The position numbers and the translations under genes were made by a program. Below the pieces are notes generated by a model. That model did not search any database. It worked only from the letters and a program-made list of their open reading frames with translations, and was not told the DNA's origin. Positions 36,183 through 38,848 of a stretch of 38,848 bases of DNA are shown one piece after another (within the stretch, counting starts at the first letter, position 1; each line of letters begins with the position of its first letter). Source of the stretch: Chiloscyllium plagiosum (Eukaryota). The stretch lies in contig NW_025214073.1 of assembly GCF_004010195.1 (NCBI RefSeq), positions 1 to 38,848 on the forward strand, written 5' to 3'.

Positions 36183-36322
36183 ATATTGTGGAAATAGGCC
36201 ATTTGGCCCAATATGCTCACACTGACCCTTCAAAGAGTAACCCACCCAACCCATTAGCCTATTCTCATACTCTACACTTACCCCTGACTAATACACCTAA
36301 CCACCACATCCCTGAACACTAT
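36183..36322 (-). mobile_element. HE1-like SINE 3' fragment
   Basis: Matches 13112-13240 (CACACTGACCCT..AAAGAGTAA, TACCCCTGACTAAT, CACATCCCTGAACA). Confidence 0.75.
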
Positions 36323-36714
36323 GAGCGTAGTAACCTGGCCAGAGCCAGTCTCCTACCATATATTGATTCTGCTTTCGCACCACAGATATTGCCAGTACTT
36401 CTGAGCATTCCCAGCAACTTCTGGTTTTGTCACCAATGATGATCACATACTGATCAAAATGTATCCAACTCAGATCTGAAAAAAAAACCTAAATTTATTT
36501 CCTCAATAAAAATCCAAATATTTGGTCATTCAAGAATCACAGCAAATATCCATTAAATTATTTTTGTTAGGTCCGTGATTGTCATTTGTTCACTTTACCA
36601 ATCCATGAATAAAAGACATGTTTGCATATTTTGTGCATTATCTTTTTGGAGGAGTTAGAGAGAGTGGTGGGGGAGGGGGGGAGGGGCTGGGACCTGGGGG
36701 TTGCTGGGAAGGTT

Positions 36715-38848
36715 AATTTTCCACTAAAAACGGACTTATCTCGAGCATCAGGCCTCCATTTGCAGCAGCAGTGAGACCGAGGAGCGAAGTGGGAGAGGAC
36801 GAATTGTGAGCTGGGAGGGTAAGTGATCTGACATATTTGGACAGCGTTTGAACGAGAGACACTACACGTGTAATGTCTCCCACCCCGAACTCTTCATCTA
36901 ACCAAAGCAAAAGAACTCTGTACTGTGTTGATAAGGTGCTTCTCTTTTTTTTTTAATTCCTGTGATTGGTTTAAGAAAACCTTTTCCTTTTCCGTATATA
37001 AGACCAAGTTAAGCTTTAGATTAAAAGTGACAGGTGATCTCAGAGCTATATTATTCCCCACTTGCTCAATGTGGGAACTCAGCTGCTGTCCCTGTTCTCG
37101 TGCAGGACGTGTGTCCATATCCCTGCACTCTCCTTGCAGGATTTTGTCACGTTTCCTGCCAATGTCATTGGTACCAATATGTACCACAGCCGCTGGCTGT
37201 TCAACCTCCCCTTCAGTATGCCATGAGCATGCTTGGAGACATCCCTGATCCTCGCACCAAAGACACTTCTTATGAAGAACGCATAGACGGGATGATGGCT
37301 CTGCAGCGGCGGATGGACTCACCTTGGAGCACACACAATGCGGAGGAGGCTTTAGATAGCACATTCAGTGAACTGATCACATCACAGATTAGGATTGCTG
37401 AAGGAGAAAGGGGAATTGGTGACCAAAAGCAGAGAAAGAGCAGGAAGGCACTGCAGGTGTCCCCTGCGGTCACCTCCCTCCTTAGCAGGTATACTGTTTT
37501 GGATCCTGTTTGTAGAGATTGCTCACCAGGAGAAGACAGCAGTAGCCCCGTTAAAAGCACCATGGTTGGCCCTGCTGTTCAGAAGGGCGGGAAAAATACT
37601 GGAAGGGATAAGTCATAGGGGATTCAATTGTAAAAGGAGTAGATAAGCATTTTTCTGTTCGAAGTCAAGACTCCAGAATGGCATGTTGCCTTCCAGGTGC
37701 AAGGGACAGTAATGCTTCGGATCGACTGCACAACATTCTGAAGGGGAAGGATGAATATCCAGTTTTCATGGTGCATGAAGGCACCAATAATATAGGTTTA
37801 AAAAATCAGGATGAGCTCCTACAAACAGAATTTAGAGAGTTAGGAGTCAAGTTAAGAAGTAGGACCTCAGAGGTGTAATCTCAGGATTGCTACTAATGCC
37901 ACATACTAGTCAGAGTAGAAATGAAAGAATAGAATTGCTTGAGAGATGGTGCAGGAGGGAGGCCTTCAGATTTTTGGGACGTTGGGACTGGTTATTTGGG
38001 AGGTGGCACTATTACAAATTGGACAGCCTACACCTGAGCTGGAATGGAAACAATGTCCTTCGGGGTACTTTTGCTAATGCTGCTTCGGAGGGTTTAAACT
38101 AATGTTGTAGAGGGATGGGAACCAAATAAGGAAGTTGGTCTATATTAAGGAAATAGCAACTGCAGCCTGTAAGGAAATAGATAATAAAGTCAGCGTGAGT
38201 AAGGGGAAGAGTCGGCAGGGAGTAGATGATGAACACAAAGGGACAGGTTATCTGAGGTGCATTTGTTTTAATGCAAGAAGTGTTGTATGTGCAGATAAAC
38301 ACAGGGCTTGGATTAGTACCTTGGAGTTGATATTATTGCTATTACTGATACTTGGTTGAGGGAAGGGCATGATTTGCAAGTAAATATCCCAGGATATCAA
38401 TGCTTTAGGTGGGATAAACAGGGGGCTAAAAGGGGTATAGGAGTTGCATTACAGGTCAAAGAGGATACCAAAGCTGTGATGAAGGAGTGCACTATGGAGG
38501 ACTCAAACAGTAAGGCAATAAGGGTAGAGCTCAGAAATAGGAAGGATGCAGTAACAATGTTGGGGCCTCCCAACAGTAAGCGTGAGATGAAAGTACAAAT
38601 ATGGAAACAGATCATGGAAAGATGTGGGAGCAACATGGTGGTGGTGAAAGGCGATTTTATGTTCGCAACATTGACTGGGATTCAGAGGACTGGATGGAGT
38701 AGAGTTTGTAAGGACCAGCCAGGAGGGTTTTTTGAGCAGTATGTAAACAGTCCAACTCAGGAAAGGGCCTTTTTTGTCCTGATGCTGGGGAATGAGCCTG
38801 GCCAGGTGGTTGAGGTTTAAGTTGGGGATTACTTTGGGACTATTGAAC
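36715..38848 (+). mobile_element. CR1 LINE 5' half (5' UTR, ORF1, start of ORF2 EN), runs off the window end
   Basis: ORF1 'PTCSMWEL', 'LQRRMDSPWS', 'IGDSIVKG', 'CCLPGAR', 'VHEGTNNIG', 'YKLDSLHLSWNG'; EN 'LRCICFNARSVV', 'IPGYQCFRWD', 'VELRNRK'. Confidence 0.9.

Overview
Eukaryotic, repeat-saturated genomic DNA from an elasmobranch. HE1-like and SacSINE1-like SINEs, CR1/HER1-type LINEs and Penelope pseudo-LTRs point to a shark, probably a carpet/bamboo shark (inference). I find no intact protein-coding gene; nearly all long ORFs are decayed retroelement frames or minisatellite/gap artefacts. Main contents: (1) a Rex1/Babar-type LINE whose RT 'GCVLSPLLYSLYTH' motif has been amplified in situ into a ~2.6-kb, 42-bp-unit minisatellite spanning an assembly gap; (2) many CR1 fragments and one full-length CR1 with a 12-bp TSD and a strongly AT-eroded 5' end; (3) GIY-YIG Penelope-like elements with hammerhead-ribozyme remnants, including two tiny inverted-pLTR insertions with 15-16-bp TSDs; (4) an internally deleted Gmr1-like Gypsy element and a related solo LTR, each with a 4-bp TSD; (5) a Tigger-like MITE; (6) an old colinear tandem segmental duplication (~7.2-13.0 kb vs ~24.0-34.5 kb). 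Both duplicated copies keep a minus-strand splice acceptor followed by a short frame and stop, which may be the terminal exon of a tandem gene family (unproven). Family names come from recalled motifs, not database searches. Boundaries of decayed elements are approximate.
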